Notes: generated by a model not told the origin, from the letters alone. 64,000 nt of DNA from Acidobacteriota bacterium (GCA_965263035.1 OZ253580.1:800001-864000); one strand, 5' to 3'. Counted from the stretch's first letter, positions 28,046-38,579 are shown. Made by a program: numbers and translations.

Positions 28046-28267
28046 TCACAGTAGCCCCGAAAACTCTTCAACACTGAGGCCTACATGCCTGATGATGCCA
28101 CGCAATGTTCCCCTGTCCAGTTCCTTGTGATCGGGAACAACTACCTGAGAGAAAGGAATGTCTCGACGCAAAATCATATGGCTGCCATGTTGTCGTTTCA
28201 GGTAATATCCGATCTTTCCAAGTGCTTTCGCGCAGTCTCGTCCCGATATTCTCGGCAACCTCTTCAT
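28046..28267 (-). CDS. hicA: HicA-family toxin
   Basis: RQHGSHMIL...VVPDHKELDRGTLRGII. Confidence 0.9.
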   Translation of the reverse strand: MKRLPRISGRDCAKALGKIGYYLKRQHGSHMILRRDIPFSQVVVPDHKELDRGTLRGIIRHVGLSVEEFSGLL

Positions 28268-28470
28268 AGGGCGACTACGACTGCCTCAAAGTGTTCTTCC
28301 GGAATCGGCAATCCGTCTTCCTCAAGAGACGCGATGTATCCGGCAATTGCCTCTTTGATATTCACAATGGCTTCCTGTTTGGTTCTTCCCTGACTGATGC
28401 AACCCGTTAAACTGGGGCATTCAGCAACCCAATAGCCGTCTTCGCCGGGGTAAAGCATGACTTGCCTCAT
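28264..28470 (-). CDS. hicB: Short HicB-family antitoxin with no C-terminal DNA-binding domain
   Basis: EDGYWVAECPSLTGCISQGRTKQEAIVNIKEAI. GGAGGT RBS and 4-nt overlap with hicA. Confidence 0.9.
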   Translation of the reverse strand: MRQVMLYPGEDGYWVAECPSLTGCISQGRTKQEAIVNIKEAIAGYIASLEEDGLPIPEEHFEAVVVAL

Positions 28471-28687
28471 CACTGCACCTCCAATTCGGCATAGCCGCCC
28501 GTAGCTGCCGCAGTATATCAGCCCACTCGGTTCGCACGGCCTGTCTATTCGAGACTGGCTTCGTTTCGTGGTCGAACGCGGGATGCTACCTATGCGGCGT
28601 GGTCAGGGCTCGCGTCGCCCAGGTGAGCGCGCGAAAGGCAAATGTGACATCGCCTCTCCTGACGAGCGATGCACTCCGAACCCCTGA

Positions 28688-30928
28688 TCATCGACCGGAG
28701 GTATCTTGGCCCCCGGTCGATACGGCGACCCCCGGTCCTTCTTCCAGCAACCGGGCCAGGACCTCCGGCTCCGACGTGGGTAGCCGGCAGACGTAGTTCT
28801 CGCAGACGTAGGCGGTCGCCTTCCCTCCGGCGGGAACCATGGCCCGGACGGCCGGATTGCTCCTCCCCAGGTATTCCTGTCCGGTTCCACCGTCGGCAAA
28901 GAGGAGGACCTTGTTGGGAACGTAGGTGGAATGGACCACCTCGAGCAGAGCCCGGACGGCGGCGCCTGACGGGTCGCCCGCCAGAACCACCTGCTTCGGC
29001 GTGCCCAGGTGGAAGTCGAGGGCGGCGAGCATGTGGGGGAGGGCTTGGGGATGCTCCCGCAACCGGTTCCCGAAATGCTTCAGGGCCGCCTCGGCCAGTC
29101 CCTTCCACTCCGGGTGATGGGTCATCTCCGCCAGGCGCAGGAGGTTCCAGACGGCGACCGAGTTCCCCGCGGGCTCGGCCGCGTCGTAGTCGTCCCGGGT
29201 CCGCAGGATCAGCGACGCGTCTCGTCCCGAGGTGTCGAAGAAGGCCCCCGTTTCCTGGTCGTAGAAGAGTTCGACGGCCGTCTCCGTCAGTTCCATGGAA
29301 CGTTTCAGGTCCCGGATGTCGGAACCGGCCTGGTAGAGGTCGATGAGACCCATGACCAGGAACGCGTAGTCTTCCAGATGCGCCTCGAACCGGGCTTCCC
29401 CCTCCCGGTAACGCCTCAGAAGCCGTCCCGTCTCCTGCTGGTAGAGGTGCTCCATGATGAAGTCGGCCGCCCGCCGGGCCTGCTCCAAATATTCGGCCTC
29501 CCCCAGAACCTGGTGGGACCGGGCGAAGGCGGAGATCATGAGGCCGTTCCAAGAGACCAGGATCTTGTCGTCCAGATGGGGCCTCAGCCGCTGGTTCCGG
29601 GTCTGGAGCAGCCGGCGCCGAGACTCTTCGAGAACCGATTCCACCTGGTCCGGAGACCGCTTGAACTTTCGCGCCGTCTCCTCCAGGGAGTGGGCCCGGT
29701 AGAGAATATTCTGGTTCACGAAGACCTGGTGCGGATCGCTCGGAGCGTTCCCGTCCGGCTCCACCCCGAAGCTGTGGGCGAATACGGCTCCCCGCTCCGG
29801 ACCCAGGATCCGGTCCAGCTCCGCCTGGGTCCAGACGTAGAAGGCGCCCTCCCGTTTCCGATCGGGCTGGGACGGGTCCGTAGCGCTCTCGGCGTCCTCG
29901 GCGGAATAGAACCCACCGGGCGGGTGAGTGAGCCGCCGGCTCACGTAATCCAGGGTCCTCCGGGCCATGGAGGCGAAGAGCGGATTTCGGGTCGACTGGT
30001 AGGCCTCCAGGTAGGAGTTCACCAGTTGGGCCTGATCGTAGAGCATCTTCTCGAAGTGGGGGACCCGCCACTGGCGATCCACCGAGTAGCGGTGAAAACC
30101 ACCCTCGAGGTGGTCGAAAATCCCGCTGGTCGCCATCCCTTTCAAAGTGGTCAAGGTCATTTCCAGAGCCCGGCTCTTGGCCTCCCTCCGGTGATACCGG
30201 AGCAGAAAGTTGAACACCACGGGCCGGGGAAACTTGTTCCCGCGTCCGAAGCCGCCGTAGGTTTCGTCGTAACCGGCTCGAATCGACTCGTACCCCTTCT
30301 TGAGAATCGACACCCCCAAGAGTGAATCCCCGGCCTCCACCCGAGCCTGCTCCCGCAGGAACTCGGTGAGCTGGCGGCCCGCCTCGGCGATGTCGTCCCG
30401 ATTCTTGACCCAGACTTCATGAATCCGGCCGATGAGCGCCCGAAAGGTCTCCGGCGGGACGTAGGTCCGCCCGAAGAAGGGCTCCAGCTCGGGAGTCAGG
30501 AACATGGACATGGGCCAGCCCCCACTCCCGGTGAGAGCCTGCAACGCCGACATGTAGATTCGATCCACGTCCGGACGCTCTTCCCGATCCACCTTGATGT
30601 TGACGAAGTACCGGTTCATGAGGTCCGCGATGCCGGGATTCTCGAACACCTCCCGCTCCATCACGTGGCACCAGTAACACGTGGAGTAGCCGACGGAGAG
30701 AAAGATGGGACGGTTTTCTTCCCGGGCCAGCCGGAAGGCCTCCTCGCCCCACGGGTACCAGTCCACCGGGTTGTAGGCGTGTTGCAGAAGGTAGGGACTC
30801 TTCTCTTGGATCAGCCGATTGGATCGGCCTTTGGACGTTTCCTCGGCGCCCGCTGAGCAGACCTGAATGGCGCCTCCCAGCAGAACCAGCAGCAGCGTCA
30901 GAACCGGTCTCATAAAGGCACGCTCCAT
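28688..30928 (-). CDS. YyaL/SSP411 (DUF255) thioredoxin-domain protein
   Basis: [58 protein letters not shown]. Confidence 0.92.
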   Translation of the reverse strand: MERAFMRPVLTLLLVLLGGAIQVCSAGAEETSKGRSNRLIQEKSPYLLQHAYNPVDWYPWGEEAFRLAREENRPIFLSVGYSTCYWCHVMEREVFENPGIADLMNRYFVNIKVDREERPDVDRIYMSALQALTGSGGWPMSMFLTPELEPFFGRTYVPPETFRALIGRIHEVWVKNRDDIAEAGRQLTEFLREQARVEAGDSLLGVSILKKGYESIRAGYDETYGGFGRGNKFPRPVVFNFLLRYHRREAKSRALEMTLTTLKGMATSGIFDHLEGGFHRYSVDRQWRVPHFEKMLYDQAQLVNSYLEAYQSTRNPLFASMARRTLDYVSRRLTHPPGGFYSAEDAESATDPSQPDRKREGAFYVWTQAELDRILGPERGAVFAHSFGVEPDGNAPSDPHQVFVNQNILYRAHSLEETARKFKRSPDQVESVLEESRRRLLQTRNQRLRPHLDDKILVSWNGLMISAFARSHQVLGEAEYLEQARRAADFIMEHLYQQETGRLLRRYREGEARFEAHLEDYAFLVMGLIDLYQAGSDIRDLKRSMELTETAVELFYDQETGAFFDTSGRDASLILRTRDDYDAAEPAGNSVAVWNLLRLAEMTHHPEWKGLAEAALKHFGNRLREHPQALPHMLAALDFHLGTPKQVVLAGDPSGAAVRALLEVVHSTYVPNKVLLFADGGTGQEYLGRSNPAVRAMVPAGGKATAYVCENYVCRLPTSEPEVLARLLEEGPGVAVSTGGQDTSGR

Positions 30929-30954
30929 CCCCCGGCGCTAAGTGCGATCGGCTA

Positions 30955-32100
30955 CTACCAAGCCTCCCTGTAGATCTCCATGGCGTCCAGGGAGGTCAGC
31001 CGGCGTGGATTGAATCCCACGGTCCAATGAGAGGAGGCCTCAGCCGCCAAGCGATCCAAATCCCCCTCCGAAACCCCCTCGGTTCGCAGTTCCCGGGGGA
31101 GTTGTGCCAACGCGGCCAATTCGTCCAACCTTTGGGCCAGTGACTCGGAAGCACCACTACGCTTCCAGGAGTTGCCGCCGGAAAGGTGCAACAGATCCCG
31201 GTAAGCGGATTCGGCTGCACTGCCCGTCCAGCGGATGACCGGCGAAAGCAACAGGCCGATGGCGACTCCGTGCGGTGTCCGGTACCGGGCCGACAAGGGA
31301 TTGGCGCAGGCATGGGCCGCACCCACCGAGGAATTCTCGATGGCCAGACCGGCATAGAACGCGCCCAACTGCATCGCTCCCCGGGCCGCCAGGTCCGTGG
31401 GGTCGCGCAGCACCCGCTCGTAGTTCCGTTCCAACAGCCACCAGGCTTCGCGGGAGAAGGACTGGGAAAGCGGAGTGTTCCGCTTGCTGCAATACGATTC
31501 CACCGCGTGGGAGAGGGCGTCGAATCCCGTGGCGCTGCTGACGCCGGCCGGTTGGGAAAGGGTCAGGCAGGGGTCGAGTATGGCGACTCGAAAAGCGGCT
31601 TGGGGATCGCCACAGGCCATCTTCACGTGAGTGCGGGCATCCGCGATGATGGCGTACGACTGGGCTTCGCTCCCGGTCCCGGTGGTAGTGGGAATCCCGA
31701 TCATGGGCAGCATCCGGCCCGGTGCCCGGCCATAGCCCTGGTAGTCGTGGATGCTTCCCCCACCCGTGAGCAGAAAGTTGATGGCCTTGGCGCAGTCCAT
31801 GGAGCTGCCCCCTCCGAGGCCCACCAAAGAGTCGATTGCCAGAGGTCGTGCGAACCTCGCGCCTCTCTCCACCATCTCCGAGTCCGGATCGGGCCCGAAG
31901 TCATGGAATCCATGCACTTGGACGCCGGACTCGGCAAGGATCCCGGAGACCGTCTCGACGTGACCCGATTCCACCAGCCCCGGGTCCGAGACCAGCAGCG
32001 TCCGTTTAAATCCCAGTTCCCGCACGGCCGGAGCCAACTCGCGGACCGAACGCTCACCGAATATCAGACGGGTGGAAGCCTCGAAGACGAACGATTTCAT
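30955..32100 (-). CDS. Iron-containing alcohol dehydrogenase family protein
   Basis: GLGGGSSMDCAK, IPTTTGTGSE, DALSHAVES, AAHA, PHG. Confidence 0.9.
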   Translation of the reverse strand: MKSFVFEASTRLIFGERSVRELAPAVRELGFKRTLLVSDPGLVESGHVETVSGILAESGVQVHGFHDFGPDPDSEMVERGARFARPLAIDSLVGLGGGSSMDCAKAINFLLTGGGSIHDYQGYGRAPGRMLPMIGIPTTTGTGSEAQSYAIIADARTHVKMACGDPQAAFRVAILDPCLTLSQPAGVSSATGFDALSHAVESYCSKRNTPLSQSFSREAWWLLERNYERVLRDPTDLAARGAMQLGAFYAGLAIENSSVGAAHACANPLSARYRTPHGVAIGLLLSPVIRWTGSAAESAYRDLLHLSGGNSWKRSGASESLAQRLDELAALAQLPRELRTEGVSEGDLDRLAAEASSHWTVGFNPRRLTSLDAMEIYREAW

Positions 32101-32148
32101 GGGATCCGCAGGCAGGTTAGCACGGGCCTCGATCCGGGGCCATGGAAT

Positions 32149-32584
32149 TCAGTCCTGCAACGGACTCCGAGTGACCAAGCCGGGAAAACGGCTGAAGTCC
32201 CGGTCGACCGTCCAAAACTCCGTGACGCCGGACGCGATACAGATCGCCGCAATCCTTGCATCGTGCACCATCGCTCCTCTCACTCTTCCGTTTTCGAGTT
32301 GTTCCTTGAGGAAATTCCAGTGCGTGTCGGTTTCGGCGAGCAGTTCCGCAACCGGGGATTCCAGCCACGCTTCGACCTGGTTCACGGCCTCGGTGATCGT
32401 CGACGGCGGATCATAGATTCGAGGGTGGGTCACAATGGCCAGGAACTCGTGAATACACGGCCACGGCAACCCCCAACTCACCCGGCCTGGGGCAAGTGAC
32501 TCGAGACAGGATTTCGCGGGCCCATGCCACTCGGAGTCGGCGCGGTGAGCGTTGACAAGAATATTTGGTATCCGCGGCTAACAA
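32149..32584 (-). pseudogene. vapC: PIN-domain (VapC) toxin with a +1 frameshift near the N-terminus
   Basis: Removing one T from TTT at 32564-32566 restores LLAADTNILVNAHRADSEWH..., in frame with ...IHEFLAIVTH...VHDARIAAIC...WTVDRDF. Confidence 0.75.
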
Positions 32585-32826
32585 CTGCCTCGGTCCTTAT
32601 AGATGGTTTCGCGAATGCGCGGCCAATCGGCGCCGCGATAGGACGGGTCCAAGCCCCGGCCACCGACACCGGCATCCTTCAACTTGAAGCGATGCCGCCG
32701 GCTGTCGGCGCGCAACGCCATGCACAGCCCACGTTCGATCAGTGAACGTAGCCTGACGTTCTCCTTGGCCGCGTGGGCCTTGGCCTTTCCGGCGAGGCCG
32801 TCGGCAATCTCGATGGTGGTTTTCAT
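32578..32826 (-). CDS. VapB-type antitoxin (DUF2191-like)
   Basis: MKTTIEIADGL...AK..A....LRSLIERGL pattern. Overlaps the PIN gene start. Confidence 0.78.
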   Translation of the reverse strand: MKTTIEIADGLAGKAKAHAAKENVRLRSLIERGLCMALRADSRRHRFKLKDAGVGGRGLDPSYRGADWPRIRETIYKDRGSC

Positions 32827-33011
32827 ACGAGGCTCCGTTCCGTCCGATATGGCTCTACAGCTTACTTGTGCCGGCAGCCGGATCAAGAGGAATGTGGCGA
32901 GCATCCAGACTCCTTAGCATGTAAACTCGCCCGTGGCCGCAGGGATACGGGACGGGAGATTTTGCGCCTCGACGGCGGATCGAGTCCCGACAGACCTGGG
33001 ATGAACGTCCA

Positions 33012-34112
33012 GTGAATTCAAACAACAACGCCCACGTCGAATTCGAGAACGTCAGCAAGAGTTATGACGGCCGGACGCTGGTGGTTCGGGACCTGAACCT
33101 GAGCGCCGCCGAGGGGGAGTTCCTGACTCTGCTGGGGCCGTCCGGCTCCGGCAAGACCACCTGTCTGATGATGCTCGCCGGCTTCGAAGCGCCCACCTCC
33201 GGCACCATCCGAATCGACGGACGGTCGGTGCACGACCTGCCCCCCCGCAAACGCGGCATCGGCGTGGTTTTCCAGAATTACGCCCTGTTTCCGCACATGA
33301 CGGTGGGGGGCAACTTGGCGTTTCCCCTGGAAGTGCGGGGTCTCGATCCGAAGGAGATCCGGGAGCGCGTCCGGCGGGCCCTGGAACTGGTCCGCCTGGA
33401 GGGCATGGAGGACCGGCGACCCGCCAAGCTATCAGGCGGCCAGCAACAACGCGTGGCCATCGCCCGTGCACTGGTTTTCGAGCCGCGTCTGGTCCTGATG
33501 GATGAACCCCTGGGCGCCCTCGACCGCCGGCTGCGCGAGGAGATGCAATTCGAGGTCCGGCGCATCCAGCGGAGCTTGGCCGTGACCGTCGTCTACGTGA
33601 CCCATGATCAGCAGGAGGCGATGGCCATGTCTGATCGCGTCGCCGTCTTCGAGCAGGGCCGCATCGAGCAGGTCGCCCCGCCAGAAGTCCTCTACGAAGA
33701 GCCGGAACGCCAGTTCGTCGCCCAATTCATCGGAGACAACAATCTTCTGTATGGAAACGTTGTCGCCGCCGACGGTGACTTCTGCCGGGTGGACACCGGC
33801 GGCGGGATCGTCAGGGCGTTCCGGATCGCGCCCAGCCGGGTCGGGGACACGGTGGCCCTTGCCATTCGTCCGGAACGAGTCTCCCTGGCACCCAAGCCGG
33901 GCGTCTACCACAACGAGTTCGACGCCCGAATCGACGACATCATGTTTCTGGGCGATCACCTGCGGCTCCGCCTGACGGTCTGCGGCCACTCGGATTTCGT
34001 CGCCAAGATTCCCAACATCGTGGGGCACGGGGCGGTGTTGGAAGGGGACCAGATCCGCATCGGCTGGGCGCTCACCGACTGCCGGGCGCTGGAAGCCCCG
34101 GGCCAGGAGTGA
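33012..34112 (+). CDS. PotA-like ABC transporter ATP-binding protein
   Basis: GPSGSGKT, VFQNYALFPHM, LSGGQQQR, MDEPLGALD, and a C-terminal TOBE region. Confidence 0.92.
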   Translation: MNSNNNAHVEFENVSKSYDGRTLVVRDLNLSAAEGEFLTLLGPSGSGKTTCLMMLAGFEAPTSGTIRIDGRSVHDLPPRKRGIGVVFQNYALFPHMTVGGNLAFPLEVRGLDPKEIRERVRRALELVRLEGMEDRRPAKLSGGQQQRVAIARALVFEPRLVLMDEPLGALDRRLREEMQFEVRRIQRSLAVTVVYVTHDQQEAMAMSDRVAVFEQGRIEQVAPPEVLYEEPERQFVAQFIGDNNLLYGNVVAADGDFCRVDTGGGIVRAFRIAPSRVGDTVALAIRPERVSLAPKPGVYHNEFDARIDDIMFLGDHLRLRLTVCGHSDFVAKIPNIVGHGAVLEGDQIRIGWALTDCRALEAPGQE

Positions 34113-34121
34113 GGACACCTC

Positions 34122-35237
34122 ATGACCAAGAAACGACCCGAAACCCCGACATCGCCTCTGGCCCGGGCCGCGGGGATCCTTTCCCTCACCCTCTTTGCAT
34201 GGAGCCAGAATGCCGCAGGCGCCGAATCGGTGACCGTGGTCTCCTGGGGAGGCTCCTACGCCCGATCCTACACCAAGGCCGTACTCCAGCCGTTCACCGC
34301 CGCCACCGGAATCGAGGTCCGCTTGGAGGACTACAACGGCGGACTGGCCCAGATCCGGGCTCAGGTGGAGACGGGCAACGTTCACTGGGACGTGGTGGAT
34401 CTGGAAATGGCGGACGCGGTGTTGGGTTGTGACGAAGGTCTCCTGGAACCGATCGACGCCGGCGACCTCCCGCCGGGACCGGACGGCACGCCGGCCGAGC
34501 AGGATTTCTTCCCTGAGACGCTCACCGAGTGCGGCATCGGCGTGGTCTTCTATTCCACGATCTACGCCTACAACAAGGAGAAATTCCCTGGCTCGAAGCC
34601 GGCCACCATCGGCGACTTCTTCGACCTGGAGAAGTTCCCGGGCCGGCGGGGAATGCGCCGGACCCCCGTGGTCAACCTGGAGTTCGCGTTGATGGCGGAT
34701 GGCGTGCCGATCAAGCAAGTGTACGCCACACTCGGAACGCCTGAGGGGGTGGACCGAGCCTTTCGAAAGCTCGACACCATCAAGGAACACATCATCTGGT
34801 GGGAAGCGGGCGCCCAACCGCCGCAGCTGCTCGCCGACGGCGAAGTGCTGATGAGCACGGCCTACAACGGCCGCATCTTCAACGCCCAAGTGCTGGAGAA
34901 CCAGCCCTTCGCCGTGGTCTGGGACGGTCAGGTTCTGGACTGGGGCCAGACGTCCATCGTGGCGGGAACACGCAACCTGGAGGCAGCGCGGCAGTTCGTC
35001 GCCTTCGGGGCCAGGACCGAGTCCATGGCCGCCATCGGCCGCTACATCTCCTACAGTCCGGTGCGGCGTTCCGGAACGGCACTCGTTTCAACGCACCTGG
35101 AGACCGGGGTGGACATGGCGCCACACATGCCCACGACCCCCGCAAACGTGGCTCATGCCCTGCACAGTGATTGGGAATGGTGGAGCGATCACTCCGACGA
35201 GGTGAACGAGCGCTTCAGCGCGTGGCTGGCGCGCTGA
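34122..35237 (+). CDS. ABC transporter substrate-binding protein (polyamine/PotD-like family)
   Basis: Signal peptide, VVSWGGSY, WDVVD, ALMADGV, PPQLLADGEV, YNGR. Confidence 0.88.
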   Translation: MTKKRPETPTSPLARAAGILSLTLFAWSQNAAGAESVTVVSWGGSYARSYTKAVLQPFTAATGIEVRLEDYNGGLAQIRAQVETGNVHWDVVDLEMADAVLGCDEGLLEPIDAGDLPPGPDGTPAEQDFFPETLTECGIGVVFYSTIYAYNKEKFPGSKPATIGDFFDLEKFPGRRGMRRTPVVNLEFALMADGVPIKQVYATLGTPEGVDRAFRKLDTIKEHIIWWEAGAQPPQLLADGEVLMSTAYNGRIFNAQVLENQPFAVVWDGQVLDWGQTSIVAGTRNLEAARQFVAFGARTESMAAIGRYISYSPVRRSGTALVSTHLETGVDMAPHMPTTPANVAHALHSDWEWWSDHSDEVNERFSAWLAR

Positions 35238-35267
35238 GGAAGCCACAGGTCCGGGCGGCGGGCCCTG

Positions 35268-36422
35268 GTGCTCCCGTTGTCGGCTTTCATCCTGGTGACC
35301 TTCGTGGCGCCGCTGGTGACCATGCTGACGCGCAGCGTCTACGATCCCATGGTCGCCGACGCGATGCCCGAAACACTGGCTCTGTTGCGCGAGTGGGACG
35401 GCAAGGACGCTCCTGCCGAGGCGGTCTTCGAGGTGGCCTCGCGCGAAATGCTGAAGGCGCGCCAGGACCGGAGTCTGGGACGGGTGGCGACGCGCGTCAA
35501 CCGGGTGGAAGCTGGGCTGCGCAGCGTCGTCATGAAGAGCGCCCGCAGACTGCGGCGCCTGAAGGAGGTGGACTCCTGGCGCGACGCCATGATCTCCGTC
35601 TCGCCCGAATGGGGTGAGGCGAAGACCTGGCGCGCGATTCGCCGTGCGGGCGAGCGGATCACGACGCGACACTATCTCCACGCCCTGGATCTGCAGCGTG
35701 ACGCCGACGGCAGCGTCGTTCTCCAGCCACCGCAGCGGCGCGTCTATCTTCCGCTTCTGAGGCGCACCCTGGCCGTGAGCCTGGGCATCACCGTACTGTG
35801 TCTCCTGCTGGGGTATCCGCTGGCATATCTCATCGCCCACGCGCCGCCCCGGAGAGCCAACCTCCTGTTGTTGCTGGTGCTGGTTCCCTTCTGGACGTCG
35901 CTTCTGGTGCGGACCACCTCCTGGATCGTACTGCTCCAAACCGAGGGCGTGGTCAACGACCTGTTGGTGGCGCTGGGACTGATCGCCGACGAAAACCGGA
36001 TCTCCATGATCTACAACATGACCGGCACCGTGGTGGCCATGACCCACGTCCTGCTGCCTTTCATGGTGCTGCCGGTCTACTCGGTCATGCGCACCATACC
36101 GCCGCTGTACATGAGCGCAGCCGCTTCGCTGGGAGCGAGTTTTCCCCAGGCGTTCCGGCGCGTCTACTGGCCGCAGACCCTGCCCGGCGTGGGCGCCGGA
36201 TCGCTGCTGGTGTTCATTCTTTCCATTGGTTACTACATCACGCCCGCATTGGTGGGGGGACAGAGCGGCCAGCTCATTTCCAACATGATCGCCTATCACA
36301 TGCAGCAATCGTTGAATTGGGGACTCGCCGCGGCGCTCGGCAGCATCCTGCTGGGGTGCGTGGTGGCGCTCTATCTGCTCTACGACCGCGTCGTCGGCAT
36401 CGACCGCATGAGGTTGGGGTGA
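35268..36422 (+). CDS. PotB-like ABC permease (start uncertain)
   Basis: LLGYPLAY, PFWTSLLVR, HVLLPFMVLP, AASLGA EAA loop. Confidence 0.88.
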   Translation: MLPLSAFILVTFVAPLVTMLTRSVYDPMVADAMPETLALLREWDGKDAPAEAVFEVASREMLKARQDRSLGRVATRVNRVEAGLRSVVMKSARRLRRLKEVDSWRDAMISVSPEWGEAKTWRAIRRAGERITTRHYLHALDLQRDADGSVVLQPPQRRVYLPLLRRTLAVSLGITVLCLLLGYPLAYLIAHAPPRRANLLLLLVLVPFWTSLLVRTTSWIVLLQTEGVVNDLLVALGLIADENRISMIYNMTGTVVAMTHVLLPFMVLPVYSVMRTIPPLYMSAAASLGASFPQAFRRVYWPQTLPGVGAGSLLVFILSIGYYITPALVGGQSGQLISNMIAYHMQQSLNWGLAAALGSILLGCVVALYLLYDRVVGIDRMRLG

Positions 36423-36423
36423 G

Positions 36424-37248
36424 ATGACCGTTTTGGGAGGTGGATGGGAACGCGCCGGCCGGGTCTCCTACCTGGCCTTCTGCGCCGCCGTCTTCCTGTT
36501 TCTGATCGCGCCCATCCTGGTGATCGTCCCGCTCAGCTTCAACGTCGAGCCCTATTTCACCTTTACCGAGGGGATGTTGCGCCTGGACCCGGAAGCGTAT
36601 TCGCTGCGCTGGTACCGGACCGTCGCCGAAGACGAAGGCTGGCGGAGGGCGCTGGCGAACAGCCTCATCATCGGCATCGCGGCGACGGCGTTGGCGACGA
36701 CCCTGGGCACGCTGGCCGCGCTGGGACTGGCGAGTCCCGCCATGCCCGGACGGCCCCTGGCCATGAGCCTGCTGATTTCGCCCATGGTCACGCCGGTCAT
36801 CATCTCGGCGGCGGGCATGTTCTTCTTCTACTCCAAAATGGGGCTGGCCCAGACCCACTTGGGGCTGATCCTGGCCCATGCCGCGCTGGGCACGCCATTC
36901 GTGGTGATCACCGTTACGGCGACACTTTCCGGTTTCGATCCCAATCTGACTCGGGCCGCCGCCAGCCTGGGGGCCGGGCCGGTGCGGACGTTCGCACGCG
37001 TGCAACTGCCGCTCATTGCACCCGGCGTGGTCTCGGGAGCGCTCTTCGCCTTCGCCACGTCCTTCGACGAAGTCGTGACCGTGCTGTTCATGGGAGGGCT
37101 GGATCAGCGCACCATTCCGCGTCAGATGTGGTCCGGAATCCGCGAGGAGATCAGTCCGGCGATCCTGGCCGTCGCCACCTTCCTGATCGCCTTTGCGTTG
37201 GTTTTCATGCTGGTCGTGGAACGGCTGCGCCGCCGTGCGAGTGGGTAG
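36424..37248 (+). CDS. PotC-like ABC permease
   Basis: PLSFN, SLRWY, AAASLGA, FATSFDEVV. Confidence 0.9.
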   Translation: MTVLGGGWERAGRVSYLAFCAAVFLFLIAPILVIVPLSFNVEPYFTFTEGMLRLDPEAYSLRWYRTVAEDEGWRRALANSLIIGIAATALATTLGTLAALGLASPAMPGRPLAMSLLISPMVTPVIISAAGMFFFYSKMGLAQTHLGLILAHAALGTPFVVITVTATLSGFDPNLTRAAASLGAGPVRTFARVQLPLIAPGVVSGALFAFATSFDEVVTVLFMGGLDQRTIPRQMWSGIREEISPAILAVATFLIAFALVFMLVVERLRRRASG

Positions 37249-37250
37249 CC

Positions 37251-37453
37251 GGAGGGGACTTTGCTGTCGCCCGCTGGGAGAGGCGGCTTTCTTGCCGCCC
37301 ATTGGGAAGGGCGACTTTCTTGCCGCCTGCTGGGAGAGGTGACTCTCCTGTCGCCTGCTCCGAACAGACGAAGAGGAGGGGGGACTAATCGTCCCCCCTA
37401 AGCGGCGGCAAGAAAGCCGCCGCTCCTGTTCGGCGACTGGAAGTCGCCGCTCC
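37251..37453. repeat. Cluster of GGAG-class REP-like hairpins (BIME-like)
   Basis: Three 28-bp tandem units (37275, 37303, 37331; e.g. TGGGAGAGGCGGCTTTCTTGCCGCCCAT), one degenerate unit at 37251, and two inverted copies ending in CGCTCC (37402-37426, 37432-37453). Confidence 0.8.
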
Positions 37454-37478
37454 GGGCCGCGATCATCGGAGGGGCCTT

Positions 37479-38225
37479 ATGTCAATTGAATCCCCTGCCG
37501 ACTATGAGGGACTTGTCCGCGTCGGAAGGGTTGTCGCTGCAACCCTGAAGTCCATGGCGGACTACGTTCGTCCAGGAGTGTCGACGGCAGATGTGGATCG
37601 GGTTGGCGCACGAGTTCTCAGGCAGCACGGGGCGCGGTCCGCGCCCCAGAAATTCTATGGCTTTCCTGGAGTCAATCTGATCAGCGTCAACGATGAGATC
37701 GTACATGGTGTTCCCGGTGACCGCGTACTACGACCCGGGGATCTGGTGAGCCTGGACGTCACCGCCGAGTTGGATGGATACATTGCGGATGCGGCGACGA
37801 CCGTGCCGTTGGCGCCGTATTCCAGGAAAGCCGCGAGATTGTGTCGATGTGCCAGAAAGGCCTTTGAGGAGGCGGCGGCTGTTGCCCGGGCCGGAAGACC
37901 CATCCATTGCATTGGCCGAGCAGTCGAACGAGAAGTGAGACAACGGGGATTTACGGTGCTCGGAGAGTTGGCCGGTCATGGAACAGGCAGACGCATCCAC
38001 GAGGATCCGGTCGTTTCCAACGTCTACTGCCCGACCGACATCCAGCCGTTGACCGACGGCCTCGTCCTCACCATCGAGCCCTTGATCGCCGAACGGTCGG
38101 AGAGAGTCTTCGAGGACGACGACGGGTGGACTTTGCGAACGGCCGGCGGTGATCTGTCCGCTCACTACGAACACACCCTCGTGATCACGAAAGGCAAGCC
38201 GATTCTACTCACGGCGGCGGCGTGA
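37479..38225 (+). CDS. map: Type I methionine aminopeptidase
   Basis: SVNDEIVHGVP, LDVTAELDGYIAD, GHGTG..IHEDP, TIEP, SAHYEHT. Confidence 0.93.
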   Translation: MSIESPADYEGLVRVGRVVAATLKSMADYVRPGVSTADVDRVGARVLRQHGARSAPQKFYGFPGVNLISVNDEIVHGVPGDRVLRPGDLVSLDVTAELDGYIADAATTVPLAPYSRKAARLCRCARKAFEEAAAVARAGRPIHCIGRAVEREVRQRGFTVLGELAGHGTGRRIHEDPVVSNVYCPTDIQPLTDGLVLTIEPLIAERSERVFEDDDGWTLRTAGGDLSAHYEHTLVITKGKPILLTAAA

Positions 38226-38327
38226 TGGATTCCGGCGCCACCTAGCCGGTGTTCCCCAGTCGGGTTGCCTTCCTTCCCATACGTGTGGTGAAATCCGAGC
38301 CTGACGGCTATCGGCAGGGAGGGGTTC

Positions 38328-38579
38328 ATGGGGAACAAGTCGACACGACGACTCGTCTACGCGGTTCTGTTGCTCGTATACCTGCTCCATAACGACCTCT
38401 GGCTCTGGCACGATTCCAGCATCGTCCTGGGCCTTCCAGTCGGCCTCCTCTACCATGTCGGCTTCTGCGCGGTGGCCTCGGTGATCCTGTTCCTCCTGGT
38501 TCGCTTCTGTTGGCCCCTTCCGCACCAGTCCTCACTGGCCGCCCCCGGGACATCGCATAAGGACGAGGCACAGCCGTGA
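38328..38579 (+). CDS. Small membrane accessory protein of a Na+/solute symporter (DUF3311-like)
   Basis: Two TM segments around LHNDLWLW...LGLPVGLLYH. GTGA overlap with the symporter gene. Confidence 0.72.
   Translation: MGNKSTRRLVYAVLLLVYLLHNDLWLWHDSSIVLGLPVGLLYHVGFCAVASVILFLLVRFCWPLPHQSSLAAPGTSHKDEAQP

Noticed and set aside
37251-37453. CRISPR array
   Set aside because: The 28-bp units are contiguous with no spacers, are degenerate and occur in both orientations; no cas genes are present.
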